NCBI GenBank assembly: GCA_964588985.1 | Contig: CAZPQW010000001.1 | Coordinates: 290,688 to 354,687, forward strand | Length of the DNA: 64,000 nucleotides | Direction: 5' to 3' | DNA from: an uncultured Solirubrobacteraceae bacterium | GTDB taxonomy: Bacteria; Actinomycetota; Thermoleophilia; Solirubrobacterales; Solirubrobacteraceae | The notes under the pieces: generated by a model | The model's database searches: none | What the model was told of the DNA's origin: nothing | Seen by the model: the letters and a program-made list of their open reading frames with translations, nothing else | Part shown: positions 1 through 8,633 of the stretch, piece by piece | How positions within the stretch are numbered: position 1 is the stretch's first letter | Layout of the letters: each line of letters begins with the position of its first letter | Program-made: the position numbers and the translations under genes

Positions 1-631
1 GCTCGATGTAAGGGCCGAGCAGTTCTGAGATCGATGCGGCGGTCATGCTGGCGGGGCCCTTGGGCAGCGCGGCGTAGCTGATCGCGAGGCGCACGAGGCA
101 CTCGCTGAGCAACTGTGCGCCTGCGGGCTCCACGCCGGGCCAGCCGTCGAGCATGACCGCGGTGAGACGCTCGGAGGTGCTCTCCACGATCGGCTTGCCC
201 TGCGTGGTGAACAGCGCGAGCAGCTCCTCCGCGCCTTCGCCGTGAACGATCGTGCGTACGAGCGGGTTCTCCGCGGCGGCGGTGAGGAAGACGTCGAACG
301 CGGCTGCGAGCGCAGCGGCGGGATCGTCGAGATTGTTGGTGACCGCGTCTTCGACGGACGCGAGGAAGCTGGTCGCCTCGCGCATCAGCAGCAGCTGCGA
401 GAACTCCTCCCGCGAGCCGAACTCCTTGTAGAGGGTCTGGCGGCTGACCCCCGCGGCGAGCGCGATGTCCGCCATCGTGATGTCGGCCCAGCGGCGTGTC
501 TGCAGCTCGTGGCAGGCGGCGTCGAGCAGCGTGTTGCGCAGCAGCTCGCGGGCGGCGACGGAGTAGGGCTGACGCTGCTTGACGGCCGGCACGCGCTCAA
601 CCGTAGCGGCGCCCGGCGCTCCCGGCGTCAC
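1..631 (-). CDS. TetR-family regulator of the alkane hydroxylase operon (AlkX/AlkU type), 3' end runs off the window
   Basis: Not in the ORF track. Manual translation from GTG 631 (overlaps the rubredoxin TGA) gives ...QPYSVAARELLRNTLLDAACHELQTRRWADITMADIALAAGVSRQTLYKEFGSREEF..., a TetR HTH. Position after alkB-rub matches actinobacterial alk operons. Confidence 0.9.
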   Translation of the reverse strand, partial: MTPGAPGAATVERVPAVKQRQPYSVAARELLRNTLLDAACHELQTRRWADITMADIALAAGVSRQTLYKEFGSREEFSQLLLMREATSFLASVEDAVTNNLDDPAAALAAAFDVFLTAAAENPLVRTIVHGEGAEELLALFTTQGKPIVESTSERLTAVMLDGWPGVEPAGAQLLSECLVRLAISYAALPKGPASMTAASISELLGPYIE

Positions 632-801
632 GACTCCGGCCCGTCGCGCTCGAAGTCCACCTTGTCGCGCACCCCGCAGTCCGGGCAGGCCCAGTCGTCG
701 GGTACCTCGCTCCACGGCGTGCCGGGCGGGAAACCCTCGCGCGGGTGCCCGCGCTCCTCGTCGTAGAGGTAGTCGCAGGCGGGGCAGCGGTAGCTGCTCA
801 T
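628..801 (-). CDS. Rubredoxin, 57 aa (AlkG1/RubA-type signature)
   Basis: MSSYRCPACDYLYDEERG...PDDWACPDCGVRDKVDF has two CxxC motifs. ATG overlaps the alkB TGA (ATGA). Confidence 0.95.
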   Translation of the reverse strand: MSSYRCPACDYLYDEERGHPREGFPPGTPWSEVPDDWACPDCGVRDKVDFERDGPES

Positions 802-2009
802 GCCGCCGCCCGGTAGCGGCTCAACGTCCTCTCGCGCAGGCCCGGCCTGATGTTCGCCAGCTCCAGCTGACCCCGGTAGTGCTCGAGCACGCGATGGTCC
901 ATCACCACTCGCCACAGGGGCGGGACGATCGCGAGCACGATCATGCCCGCGTAGCCGGTGGGCAGCTGCGGAGCGTCATCGACGTGGCGCAACGCCTGGT
1001 AGCGGCGGATGGGGTTGGCGTGGTGGTCGGAGTGGCGCTGGAGGTGGTAGAGCAGCACGTTGGAGGCGGCGCTGTTGCTGTTCCAGCTGTGCTCTGGGCG
1101 CGTCCGCTCGTAGCGCCCGTCCTCGCGCTTCTGGCGCATCAGGCCGTAGTGCTCGAGGTAGTTGACGACCTCCAGCAGCGAGAAGCCGAACACCGCCTGG
1201 ATCAGCAGGTAGGGCAGGACGACCACGCCGAAGATCGCGACGAGCGCGCCGAACAGGACGACCGTCATGCCCCACGCGTTGAGGATGTCGTTCCGGGGGC
1301 TCAGCATTGAGGTGCCGACACGGCGCAGGCGCACCCGTTCGAGCTCCCACGCCGAGCGCAGGCTGCCGAGGATGGTGCGCGGCAGGAAGCGGTAGAAGCT
1401 CTCGCCGAGGCGGGCGCTGGCGGGGTCCTCGGGCGTGGCGACGCGCACGTGGTGGCCGCGGTTGTGCTCGATGAAGAAGTGCCCGTACCCGCTCTGGGCG
1501 AGCGCCACCTTGCTCAGCCAGCGCTCGAGCGAGTCGCGCTTGTGTCCGAGCTCGTGCGCGGTGTTGATCGCCACGCCGCTGACCATCGCGACGGTCAGCG
1601 CCAGCCCGACGTTCTCGAGCGTGGACAGGTTGCCGCGGGACCACATCCAGCAGGCGAAGACCAGGCCGGCGTACTGGATTGGGATGTAGAGGTAGGTGCA
1701 CCAGCGGTAGTAGCGGTCCTGTTCGAGCCACTTGATGACGCTGTCGGGGGGGTTGCTGGCGTCAGCGCCGATCGCGAGGTCGAGCAGCGGGAAGATGCCG
1801 AAGATGAGCACCGGTCCGTAGAACCAGAACACGCCCAGGCCTGTGAGTTCGACGAGGCCCCAGGAGAGGAACGGAAGCGTGGGCACGACCAGGCCGAGCA
1901 GCCACGCGTAGCGCTTCGGGTCGCGCCAGACCGCGTCCGTGGGCTCAGCATCGGCGCCAAGCGATTGGACGGCGGCGGGTTGTGCGCTGGCTGCTGCGGG
2001 TGTGGACAT
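798..2009 (-). CDS. alkB: Alkane 1-monooxygenase (membrane di-iron hydroxylase)
   Basis: Histidine boxes HELGHK, EHNRGHH, NYLEHYG, LQRHSDHHA and several TM segments. AGGAGG RBS upstream of ATG 2009. Confidence 0.97.
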   Translation of the reverse strand: MSTPAAASAQPAAVQSLGADAEPTDAVWRDPKRYAWLLGLVVPTLPFLSWGLVELTGLGVFWFYGPVLIFGIFPLLDLAIGADASNPPDSVIKWLEQDRYYRWCTYLYIPIQYAGLVFACWMWSRGNLSTLENVGLALTVAMVSGVAINTAHELGHKRDSLERWLSKVALAQSGYGHFFIEHNRGHHVRVATPEDPASARLGESFYRFLPRTILGSLRSAWELERVRLRRVGTSMLSPRNDILNAWGMTVVLFGALVAIFGVVVLPYLLIQAVFGFSLLEVVNYLEHYGLMRQKREDGRYERTRPEHSWNSNSAASNVLLYHLQRHSDHHANPIRRYQALRHVDDAPQLPTGYAGMIVLAIVPPLWRVVMDHRVLEHYRGQLELANIRPGLRERTLSRYRAAA

Positions 2010-2053
2010 GGGCTGGCGACCTCCTCTGTTGGGGCACGGCCGTTTCGCGCCGC

Positions 2054-2081
2054 ACTTTACAGCGATACGCAGTCGTGTCAA
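2054..2081 (-). promoter_or_regulatory. Putative alkB promoter overlapped by an imperfect inverted repeat
   Basis: Minus strand reads TTGACA-N16-TAAAGT. TTGACA-N14-TGTAAA is an inverted repeat with one mismatch. Confidence 0.5.
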
Positions 2082-2209
2082 GCAAAGTTACACACTGGCC
2101 GCAGTTGTCCTGCGTCGTGGGTGCGCCTCGCAAGACGGCGTGCACGGCTTTGACGGCCGGTACACTCGACTGGGCCGGTGTTCGAATTCGGAAAGCTCGT
2201 GAGGTCCTG

Positions 2210-3292
2210 ATGGGCGCAGCTTCGGTAGACGTTGGCGCTGCGGCGCGTGGCAGGCGGGTGCTTCCGATCGTGGCCCTCGGCTTGGCGATCGTGCTCGTGC
2301 TGCTGGTGGGCGGCGCGTACCTCTACGACCACTCGCGCAGGGACGTGATCGCCAACGGCGTGCGCATCGACGGGGTGGCGGTGGGCGGCCTGCACGCGAC
2401 GGCCGCTCGACAGAAGGTGGAACGCGACCTCGTTGCGCCGCTGCAGGGACGACTGACGGTCCGCTCGGGCGCGCACAGCTGGACGCTCGAAGGGCGTCAG
2501 GCGGGCGTGCGGGTGGACGTCTCCAACATGGTCGCCCAGGCGGTGAGCGCGAGTCGCGGAGGATCGTTCCTCTCCCGGGCCGCGCGTGGAGTGTTCGGCG
2601 GCAGCGTCAAGCACGAAGTCCCACTCGTGATCAGCTACTCCCACGCGGCCGTGCGCGCCCTCACCGCGAAGGTGCGAGCCGCGGTCAACCGCCCGCCGCG
2701 CGACGCCACCGTGCAGCCGACGGCGAGCGGGCTGAGCGATGTGCGCGGCCAGACGGGGCTGACCGTGGACAGCACGAAGCTTGGGGGGCGCATCGAGTCG
2801 GCGCTCGTGGGGGCGACGACGAGCCGCACCGTCGCAGTGCCCACCCTCAAGGTGCAGCCGAAGGTGACCACCGCGGAGCTGGCGGCGAAGTACCCCGCGT
2901 ACATCGTGGTCGACCGCGCGACGTTCCGGCTGAAGCTCTACAGCCACCTGAAGCTCGCGAGGACTTACGAAATCGCGGTTGGCATGGAAGGCCTGGAAAC
3001 GCCGGCCGGCCTGCACCACATCGAATGGAAGCAGGTCAACCCGCCGTGGTACGTGCCCAAGAAAGCGTGGGCGGGCTCGCTGGCGGGCACCGTCGTGCCG
3101 CCCGGGCCGGGGGACCCGTTGAAGGCGCGCTTCATGTCCTTCGAAGGCGGCGCGGGCATCCACGGGATCGACCCGAGCGAGTACTCCTCGATCGGCCACG
3201 ACGCCTCGCACGGCTGCGTGCGGATGCGCATCCCGGACGTGATCGATCTGTACGCCCGCACGCCCGTGGGCACGCCCGTCTACATCATCTAG
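2210..3292 (+). CDS. L,D-transpeptidase (YkuD domain) with N-terminal TM anchor and peptidoglycan-binding (PG_binding_4/VanW-like) region
   Basis: GIHG...IGHDASHGCVRM catalytic motif, IAVG...TPAG, N-terminal TM LALGLAIVLVLLVGG. Confidence 0.9.
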   Translation: MGAASVDVGAAARGRRVLPIVALGLAIVLVLLVGGAYLYDHSRRDVIANGVRIDGVAVGGLHATAARQKVERDLVAPLQGRLTVRSGAHSWTLEGRQAGVRVDVSNMVAQAVSASRGGSFLSRAARGVFGGSVKHEVPLVISYSHAAVRALTAKVRAAVNRPPRDATVQPTASGLSDVRGQTGLTVDSTKLGGRIESALVGATTSRTVAVPTLKVQPKVTTAELAAKYPAYIVVDRATFRLKLYSHLKLARTYEIAVGMEGLETPAGLHHIEWKQVNPPWYVPKKAWAGSLAGTVVPPGPGDPLKARFMSFEGGAGIHGIDPSEYSSIGHDASHGCVRMRIPDVIDLYARTPVGTPVYII

Positions 3293-3326
3293 CGCGAAGC
3301 GGTCGCTTCCAAGCGGTCGCGGCGCG

Positions 3327-3500
3327 TCAGGAGGCGCCGGGCGGGCGGCGCGAGGCCAGGTATTCCTGGTTCTGGCGGCGCTCTCCGCGAACCTGCACGG
3401 CGATGTACACGACGATGATGTTGACCACCACGCCGATGCCGCCGAACGTGGCGATCAGGCCGACGTCCTTCGTGAATGCTTCGCTGGCGGCAAGGATCAT
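3327..3500 (-). CDS. Small single-TM membrane protein, 57 aa
   Basis: Below the ORF-track cutoff. MILAASEAFTKDVGLIATFGGIGVVVNIIVVYIAVQVRGERRQNQEYLASRRPPGAS, with GC3-rich codons. Confidence 0.65.
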   Translation of the reverse strand: MILAASEAFTKDVGLIATFGGIGVVVNIIVVYIAVQVRGERRQNQEYLASRRPPGAS

Positions 3501-3587
3501 GCGGGCAGCCTAGCAATCGCGGAACGCGTCGGTATCGTAGCCTTGGTCATGCCGCCGTCGGTCCTCGCGATCGGCGCACATGCACCC

Positions 3588-3676
3588 GGAGAGGTGCCGG
3601 AGCGGTTGAACGGGCGCGACTGGAAATCGCGTAACGGGGGTAACCTCGTTCGAGGGTTCGAATCCCTCCCTCTCCG
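3588..3676 (+). tRNA. tRNA-Ser (anticodon GGA), CCA not encoded
   Basis: Acceptor stem GGAGAGG/CCTCTCC plus discriminator G, anticodon arm CGCGA-CTGGAAA-TCGCG, long variable arm, GGTTCGAATCC T-arm. Confidence 0.97.
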
Positions 3677-3761
3677 TTTTCACTGGGTTTGAGGTCGTTG
3701 CTCGAACTCAGACGTGGCGTTGTGGCCGGCGTATCGTCCAGCGAGTCACGAGGAGGAGACG

Positions 3762-4121
3762 ATGTCTGACGCAGTCGCGGGTCTTGTCGGGGGTGTCGTC
3801 GGGGGAAGTCTCGGAGTTCTGGGCACGACTGTCAGCGCCTACTACGGTCCGCGCCGGCTCGAGCAATGGCGACAGGATCGACACGACCAGCCGAGAAAGC
3901 TTCTGCTGAGGCGCATGCTCGAAGACAACCGATTCCGGAACGGTCGAAGTCTCGAGCGACTGATGATCGTGACAGGCACGGAGCCAGAGGAGTGCCGGCG
4001 ACTGCTGATCCAGATCGGTGCGCGAGGAATCCTTTTCCGAGGCGGCAAGGAGGGCTGGGCGCTCATAGAGAGAAAGCCGCTGGCAGGCGACTATTCGTCC
4101 GACGCATCCCCGGACGCTTGA
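3762..4121 (+). CDS. Hypothetical protein with N-terminal hydrophobic anchor, 119 aa
   Basis: GAGGAGGAG RBS before ATG 3762. Gly-rich hydrophobic N-terminus followed by a basic domain. Confidence 0.7.
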   Translation: MSDAVAGLVGGVVGGSLGVLGTTVSAYYGPRRLEQWRQDRHDQPRKLLLRRMLEDNRFRNGRSLERLMIVTGTEPEECRRLLIQIGARGILFRGGKEGWALIERKPLAGDYSSDASPDA

Positions 4122-4182
4122 GGAAATTGAGCTCGAATATGGCGCCAGGGTGTTCACGCGGGTGTGAGCGATACTGACCGTT

Positions 4183-5580
4183 GTGCCTGCTCGCCTGGCG
4201 TCAATCGTCATCGCGCTCGGCCTCGTCCTGGCAATGGTCCTCGAGGGGCAGAGTGCGGGCGCGCGCTCGGGCGCCTCGAGTGCGGCGACCTGGGGAAGCC
4301 CGCAGGTGTTGGCGCCAGCTTCGCAGTCTGCGTTCGACCCCCAGCTCGCGGTAGCGGCGGACGGGCAGACACTCGCCGGCTGGTTCGACGGGCCACCTCC
4401 CAGCATCTGTGCAGCGATGGTTTGTCCTCACGCATCTCCCTGGAGCGGCTCGGAGGTCGTTCTCGATCCGGGCACCGTCGACGGGGGCTTCGGCACGCCG
4501 GTGGTGGTGAGCACTCATGGAAGCGACAGCCCGGAGGGGTTGCAGCTCGCCATCTCGGGGGCGGGGGTCGCCTACGCCGCCTGGGAACAGAAGAGCGGTC
4601 CGTGGGTGATCTCGAGCGCGAGCCGTGGGGGTTCGTTCGCCAGCCCCCACACGCTGTTGCCACGCGGTGTCAGGCTGCCGCACTTGGTGCGGAGTCCGAC
4701 GGGACCGGTCGCAGCTGTCTGGTCAGACCGCTCCTCGCAGCTGCACTACGCGCTGTTGCGTCCGGACGGAACCCTGGGGCGAACGATCACCATGGGCCGG
4801 TGGAACGGCTCGGCCGAAGGGATGCCGTTCGCCCTGAACGACCGCGGCGAATTCGCGGCTATCGACACCGTCGGCACGACTCCGCAGGCTCCGCTCGTGC
4901 ACGTCTGCAACGCCGCCGGACGCTGCTCCCGGCCGCACGAGATGCGCTTCGGCGACATTCCCGCACAGGTCTACGAGGAAAACGCGATCGCGCTGTCCGA
5001 CGACGGGACCGTGACGGTGCTCGCCGCCTTCTCGAAGCCGCCAAAGCATCCTGCACCGAACACGCCGTTTGGACTATGGGCCGTGGTGCGCCGTCCAGGC
5101 AAGCATTGGAGCGCTCCCCAGGAGCTCTCTCGTGGTGGCGATGAGCCGATAGCGGTGGCCGACGGCAATGGCTCGGTGACGGTGCTCTTCGATCACTCCT
5201 GGACGTCCCGTCCTCGCTTCCTCGGCAACCGGCTGGAAACCTCGACGCTGCCCGCCACAGGCACCAGCCTGACGCGACCCACCATCGTGCGAGGCCTGGA
5301 AGCACCCGAACCCTCGACGCTGGTGGCCAACAACGCAGGCGCCTACCTGATCGTGGGAATGCCTCGGGAGCCGGAATCCGTCGCCAACGCAAGCATCGTC
5401 GCCGTGAGCGGCAGCGCTGGTGGTCTCGGCACTGCGCAACTCGTGGTCTCAGGTGAAGTCTCCGACCATCCGCCGCGCGCCGGCATCGATCGCAAGGGCG
5501 ACGCGGTGGTCCTTTGGGATGAAGACAGCGCGTCAGGCCCACACGGTGTCTTCGCCGCGACGCTTCGCGCCGAACCGTGA
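4183..5580 (+). CDS. Secreted hypothetical protein, probable beta-propeller/BNR-like repeats
   Basis: Signal peptide. Recurrent W/F-x-x-P-x-x-L/V (WGSPQVL, FGTPVVV, FASPHTL, WSAPQEL) and D-G-x-x-x-x-x-W segments. Confidence 0.75.
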   Translation: MPARLASIVIALGLVLAMVLEGQSAGARSGASSAATWGSPQVLAPASQSAFDPQLAVAADGQTLAGWFDGPPPSICAAMVCPHASPWSGSEVVLDPGTVDGGFGTPVVVSTHGSDSPEGLQLAISGAGVAYAAWEQKSGPWVISSASRGGSFASPHTLLPRGVRLPHLVRSPTGPVAAVWSDRSSQLHYALLRPDGTLGRTITMGRWNGSAEGMPFALNDRGEFAAIDTVGTTPQAPLVHVCNAAGRCSRPHEMRFGDIPAQVYEENAIALSDDGTVTVLAAFSKPPKHPAPNTPFGLWAVVRRPGKHWSAPQELSRGGDEPIAVADGNGSVTVLFDHSWTSRPRFLGNRLETSTLPATGTSLTRPTIVRGLEAPEPSTLVANNAGAYLIVGMPREPESVANASIVAVSGSAGGLGTAQLVVSGEVSDHPPRAGIDRKGDAVVLWDEDSASGPHGVFAATLRAEP

Positions 5581-5593
5581 CCGCCGTCTGAAG

Positions 5594-5609
5594 GCGAGTA
5601 TCAGCTCGC
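5594..5609. promoter_or_regulatory. Putative TetR operator GCGAG-N6-CTCGC (copy 1)
   Basis: GCGAGtatcagCTCGC upstream of the TetR gene. The same palindrome and spacing occur at 7508-7527. Confidence 0.55.
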
Positions 5610-5641
5610 GTTAGGCGTGCGTTCGTGCGATCTTGTGCGCG

Positions 5642-6247
5642 ATGAGCCGCTCCGGTCGCAGGCATCCTCGGCAGCAACGCTCGCGAGAGATGGTGGAGCG
5701 GATCGTCGATGCGGCGGCCCGCGTCCTGGAGGACGTCGGCTATCAGCACGCGTCGACGAACCGGATCGCAGCCGCGGCGGGTGTCAGTCCCGGCAGCGTG
5801 TACCAGTACTTCACCGGCAAGGACGAGATCTTCGCCGTGGTCGTCGAGCGGCTCGGAGTCCGGTTCGCCGAGAGCATCGTCCCGGTGCTCCGTCGCTCCG
5901 CATTGGAGGATCCGGCGACGAGGACGCATACGGTCATCGACGCTGTGCTCGCCGCCCTCGAAGCTGAGGCGCGACTGCTGCGGGCGCTCGTCGACCGCAT
6001 CCCCACGCTCGAGCAGCAGAAGGCCGCGACTGCGATCCGGGGTCGCGTTGGAGAGATGGTCTACCAGTCGCTGGCATCGACGCCAAGCGCGCTGCGCCAC
6101 GACGACCTCGACCGGACCACCTGGATGATCGTCGAGCTGGCTCAGCACCTGCCCGTTCGCTACGTCCTCGACCAACCGCCGATTGCCCGCGAGGCCTTCA
6201 TCGACGATCTCGCCCAGATCATCCTGGGTGTCGCGTACGTCGCTTGA
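5642..6247 (+). CDS. TetR/AcrR-family transcriptional regulator
   Basis: PRQQRSREMVERIVDAAARVL...STNRIAAAAGVSPGSVYQYFTGKDEI HTH. Confidence 0.92.
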   Translation: MSRSGRRHPRQQRSREMVERIVDAAARVLEDVGYQHASTNRIAAAAGVSPGSVYQYFTGKDEIFAVVVERLGVRFAESIVPVLRRSALEDPATRTHTVIDAVLAALEAEARLLRALVDRIPTLEQQKAATAIRGRVGEMVYQSLASTPSALRHDDLDRTTWMIVELAQHLPVRYVLDQPPIAREAFIDDLAQIILGVAYVA

Positions 6248-6277
6248 GTCGCGCCAGAGGGCCGACTTGGGCGGGGC

Positions 6278-7495
6278 TCAGCTGCCCTCAGCTGCCGCCG
6301 GCATCTGCGCTGGCAGTCGCTCGGTGGGGTTGGTGCGCCGCGCGCCGCCGCGGGTTCGGGCAGCGCGAAACTGAAGCGTCGCGATCAGGTGGTCGTTCAG
6401 TCGATCGTTGGCCAAACGCAGGCCAGCCTCTGCGGCAGGGACGGCGCGGCGCAGAGCTTCACCGATCCGGATCGCGCCCCTCAGCGCAGGAACGGTGCGA
6501 CGGGACCGGCTGGCGGGGAACCGCAGGCGCTCCAGGTGGCTGTCGGGCAGGTGATGCCAAGCGAGCTCGCGCTCCATGCTTTCCAGCAGCGACGCCGAGC
6601 GGCGCTCGAGCCGACTCGTGGCTCCGACGTGCGTCGAGCCGAGCGTGGCCGCGACCAGTGCGATCGAATCCTCGTCCGGCGGATCACGCGTCAGCTCGAT
6701 TAGCTCGAGCAGTCGAGCGGACTCCTGCTCGCCGTCAGGGTTGATGTTCGCCGGCACCCCGATCAGGTGGCCGACGTAGCGCCATAGCGCGTAGACGCCG
6801 TCGAGCTCCTCTGCGCTGAACCGGACCCCTAGCAGGCGCAGCATGCGCAGCGGCAGATGGCAGAACTCGAGCACCGTCATCGCGGTGTCCGCCTGATTGA
6901 TCGGTGCGCCCCACGCGGTGTCGTCCCAGCGCCCGGAGGCGCGTAGCGCTCGCCGCACCCGGGCGTGAACCAGCCGCACCCGCACCGTCGCGTGCCATGC
7001 GGCCGCATCGCGACTGAGCTGCCCTGGGCGCACCACGGCGAGTGTCCAGGTGCCGGTCTCTGTGAGTCGACGCAGGGCTGCCTCGGGCTGGCGCAGCTCG
7101 CCTGTCCAGGCCAACGGCTTGACCGCCGAGCCGCTGAAGTAGCCCCAGTAGAGGGACTGCTTGGTCGCGATTCCATACGGGACGCCGCAGCGTCCGAGCG
7201 CGCGAGCGCCGCGGTCGATGCGCGCGAGATCGACCTCGAACGGCGGAGAGGCGAGATCCGCGAACAGCGCGCGCAGCTCAGCCGGCGCGTCCGGGGCGGC
7301 GTCGATGCCGGCCGTCAGCGCATGCTCGAGCACCAGTCGTCCGCGCTCACCGAGCGCATCCAGCGCTTCGAGCGCCGCGTCGCCGAGCTCGTCGGATGTG
7401 GACAGCGCCTCCACGTAGTCTCGGGCGAGCGCACCGAAGCGCTCCTCGGCCTGCTCGCGGTTACCGTAACGCGCGGGTGCGGGTGAGGTGGACAC
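6278..7495 (-). CDS. Oxygenase MpaB / DUF2236 (Lcp rubber-oxygenase-like) family protein
   Basis: RRLTETGTW, VRVRLVHARVRR, WGAPINQAD, LWRYVGHLIGV motifs. Confidence 0.85.
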   Translation of the reverse strand: MSTSPAPARYGNREQAEERFGALARDYVEALSTSDELGDAALEALDALGERGRLVLEHALTAGIDAAPDAPAELRALFADLASPPFEVDLARIDRGARALGRCGVPYGIATKQSLYWGYFSGSAVKPLAWTGELRQPEAALRRLTETGTWTLAVVRPGQLSRDAAAWHATVRVRLVHARVRRALRASGRWDDTAWGAPINQADTAMTVLEFCHLPLRMLRLLGVRFSAEELDGVYALWRYVGHLIGVPANINPDGEQESARLLELIELTRDPPDEDSIALVAATLGSTHVGATSRLERRSASLLESMERELAWHHLPDSHLERLRFPASRSRRTVPALRGAIRIGEALRRAVPAAEAGLRLANDRLNDHLIATLQFRAARTRGGARRTNPTERLPAQMPAAAEGS

Positions 7496-7507
7496 GTCGA
7501 GAACATA

Positions 7508-7539
7508 ACGCGAGTGTGAGCTCGCGTACTACTCGCGTA
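7508..7539. promoter_or_regulatory. Putative TetR operator ACGCGAG-N6-CTCGCGT plus an extra half-site (copy 2)
   Basis: ACGCGAGtgtgagCTCGCGT at 7508-7527 and a repeated CTCGCGTA at 7532-7539, directly upstream of the oxygenase start. Confidence 0.6.
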
Positions 7540-7549
7540 TTGATCGCAG

Positions 7550-8602
7550 TCAGTCCTCGCCTGGCGGTGCCCACAGATTGATCCCGCCCTCGTGTGCGTG
7601 ACGGTCGATCTGGGTGAGCTCGTCCGCATCGAAGTCGAGCCGCGAGAGCGCCGCGATGTTCTGCTCGAGCTGCTCAACGCTGCTTGCGCCGAGCAGCGCC
7701 GAGGTGACGCGCTCGTCGCGCAGCACCCACGCGATCGCCATCTGCGCGAGCGACTGCCCGCGCGCGGACGCGATCTCGGTGAGCGCACGCACGCGCGCGA
7801 GGTTCTCCTCTGTGAGTAGATCCGCGGAGAAGTAGTTGCCGCTGCGCACGCGCGAGTCGCTCGGGATCTCGTTGAGGTAGCGGTCGGTGAGCAGGCCCTG
7901 GGCGAGCGGGGAGAAGACGATCGCGCCGACGCCCTCCTGACCGAGCACGTCGAGCAACTCGCCCTCGATCCAGCGGTTCACCAGCGAGTAGGACGGCTGG
8001 TGGATCAGCAGCGGGGTGCCGAGCTCACGCAGGATGCGAACCGCGTCGAGGGTGCGTTGCGGTCCGTAGGAGGAGATGCCCACGTAGCGGGTGAGCCCTC
8101 GTTGCACCGCTGTGTCGAGCGCTCCCATCGTCTCTTCGAGCGGCGTGTCGGGGTCGAAGCGGTGCGAATAGAAGATGTCCACGTGGTCGAGGCGCATCCG
8201 CTGGAGGCTCTGCTCGAGGCTCGAGAGCAGGTACTTGCGAGAGCCCCACTCCCCATAGGGGCCGGGCCACATGTCGTAGCCCGCCTTGGTCGAGATCACG
8301 ATCTCGTCGCGGAAGGGGCGGAAGTCCTCGCTGTAGATCCGCCCGAAGTTGATCTCCGCGCTCCCGTACGGCGGCCCGTAGTTGTTCGCCAGGTCGAAGT
8401 GCGTCACGCCGAGGTCGAACGCGCGGCGCAGGATCGCACGGCTGTTGGCCAGCGGGCGGTCGTCACCGAAGTTCTGCCACAGCCCCAGGGAGATCGCCGG
8501 CAGGCGTAGGCCGCTGCGTCCGCAGCGGCGGTAGACCATCTCTCCGTAGCGCTCGTCCGCCGGTACGTAGCGCGACGGGGCGAGCTTGGAGTTGAACGCC
8601 AT
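7550..8602 (-). CDS. mgrA: L-glyceraldehyde-3-phosphate reductase, aldo-keto reductase (MgrA/YghZ type)
   Basis: YRRCGRSGLRLPAISLGLWQNFG, THFDLANNYGPPYGSAE, KAGYDMWPGPYGEWGSRKYL. Confidence 0.92.
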   Translation of the reverse strand: MAFNSKLAPSRYVPADERYGEMVYRRCGRSGLRLPAISLGLWQNFGDDRPLANSRAILRRAFDLGVTHFDLANNYGPPYGSAEINFGRIYSEDFRPFRDEIVISTKAGYDMWPGPYGEWGSRKYLLSSLEQSLQRMRLDHVDIFYSHRFDPDTPLEETMGALDTAVQRGLTRYVGISSYGPQRTLDAVRILRELGTPLLIHQPSYSLVNRWIEGELLDVLGQEGVGAIVFSPLAQGLLTDRYLNEIPSDSRVRSGNYFSADLLTEENLARVRALTEIASARGQSLAQMAIAWVLRDERVTSALLGASSVEQLEQNIAALSRLDFDADELTQIDRHAHEGGINLWAPPGED

Positions 8603-8633
8603 CGGTCGAGTATTGCAACTCGCCGTCTGGCGC

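Noticed and set aside
3655-3676. tRNA-Ser 3' end as attL of an intact integrative element
   Set aside because: I found no second copy of the tRNA 3' end and no integrase in the window.
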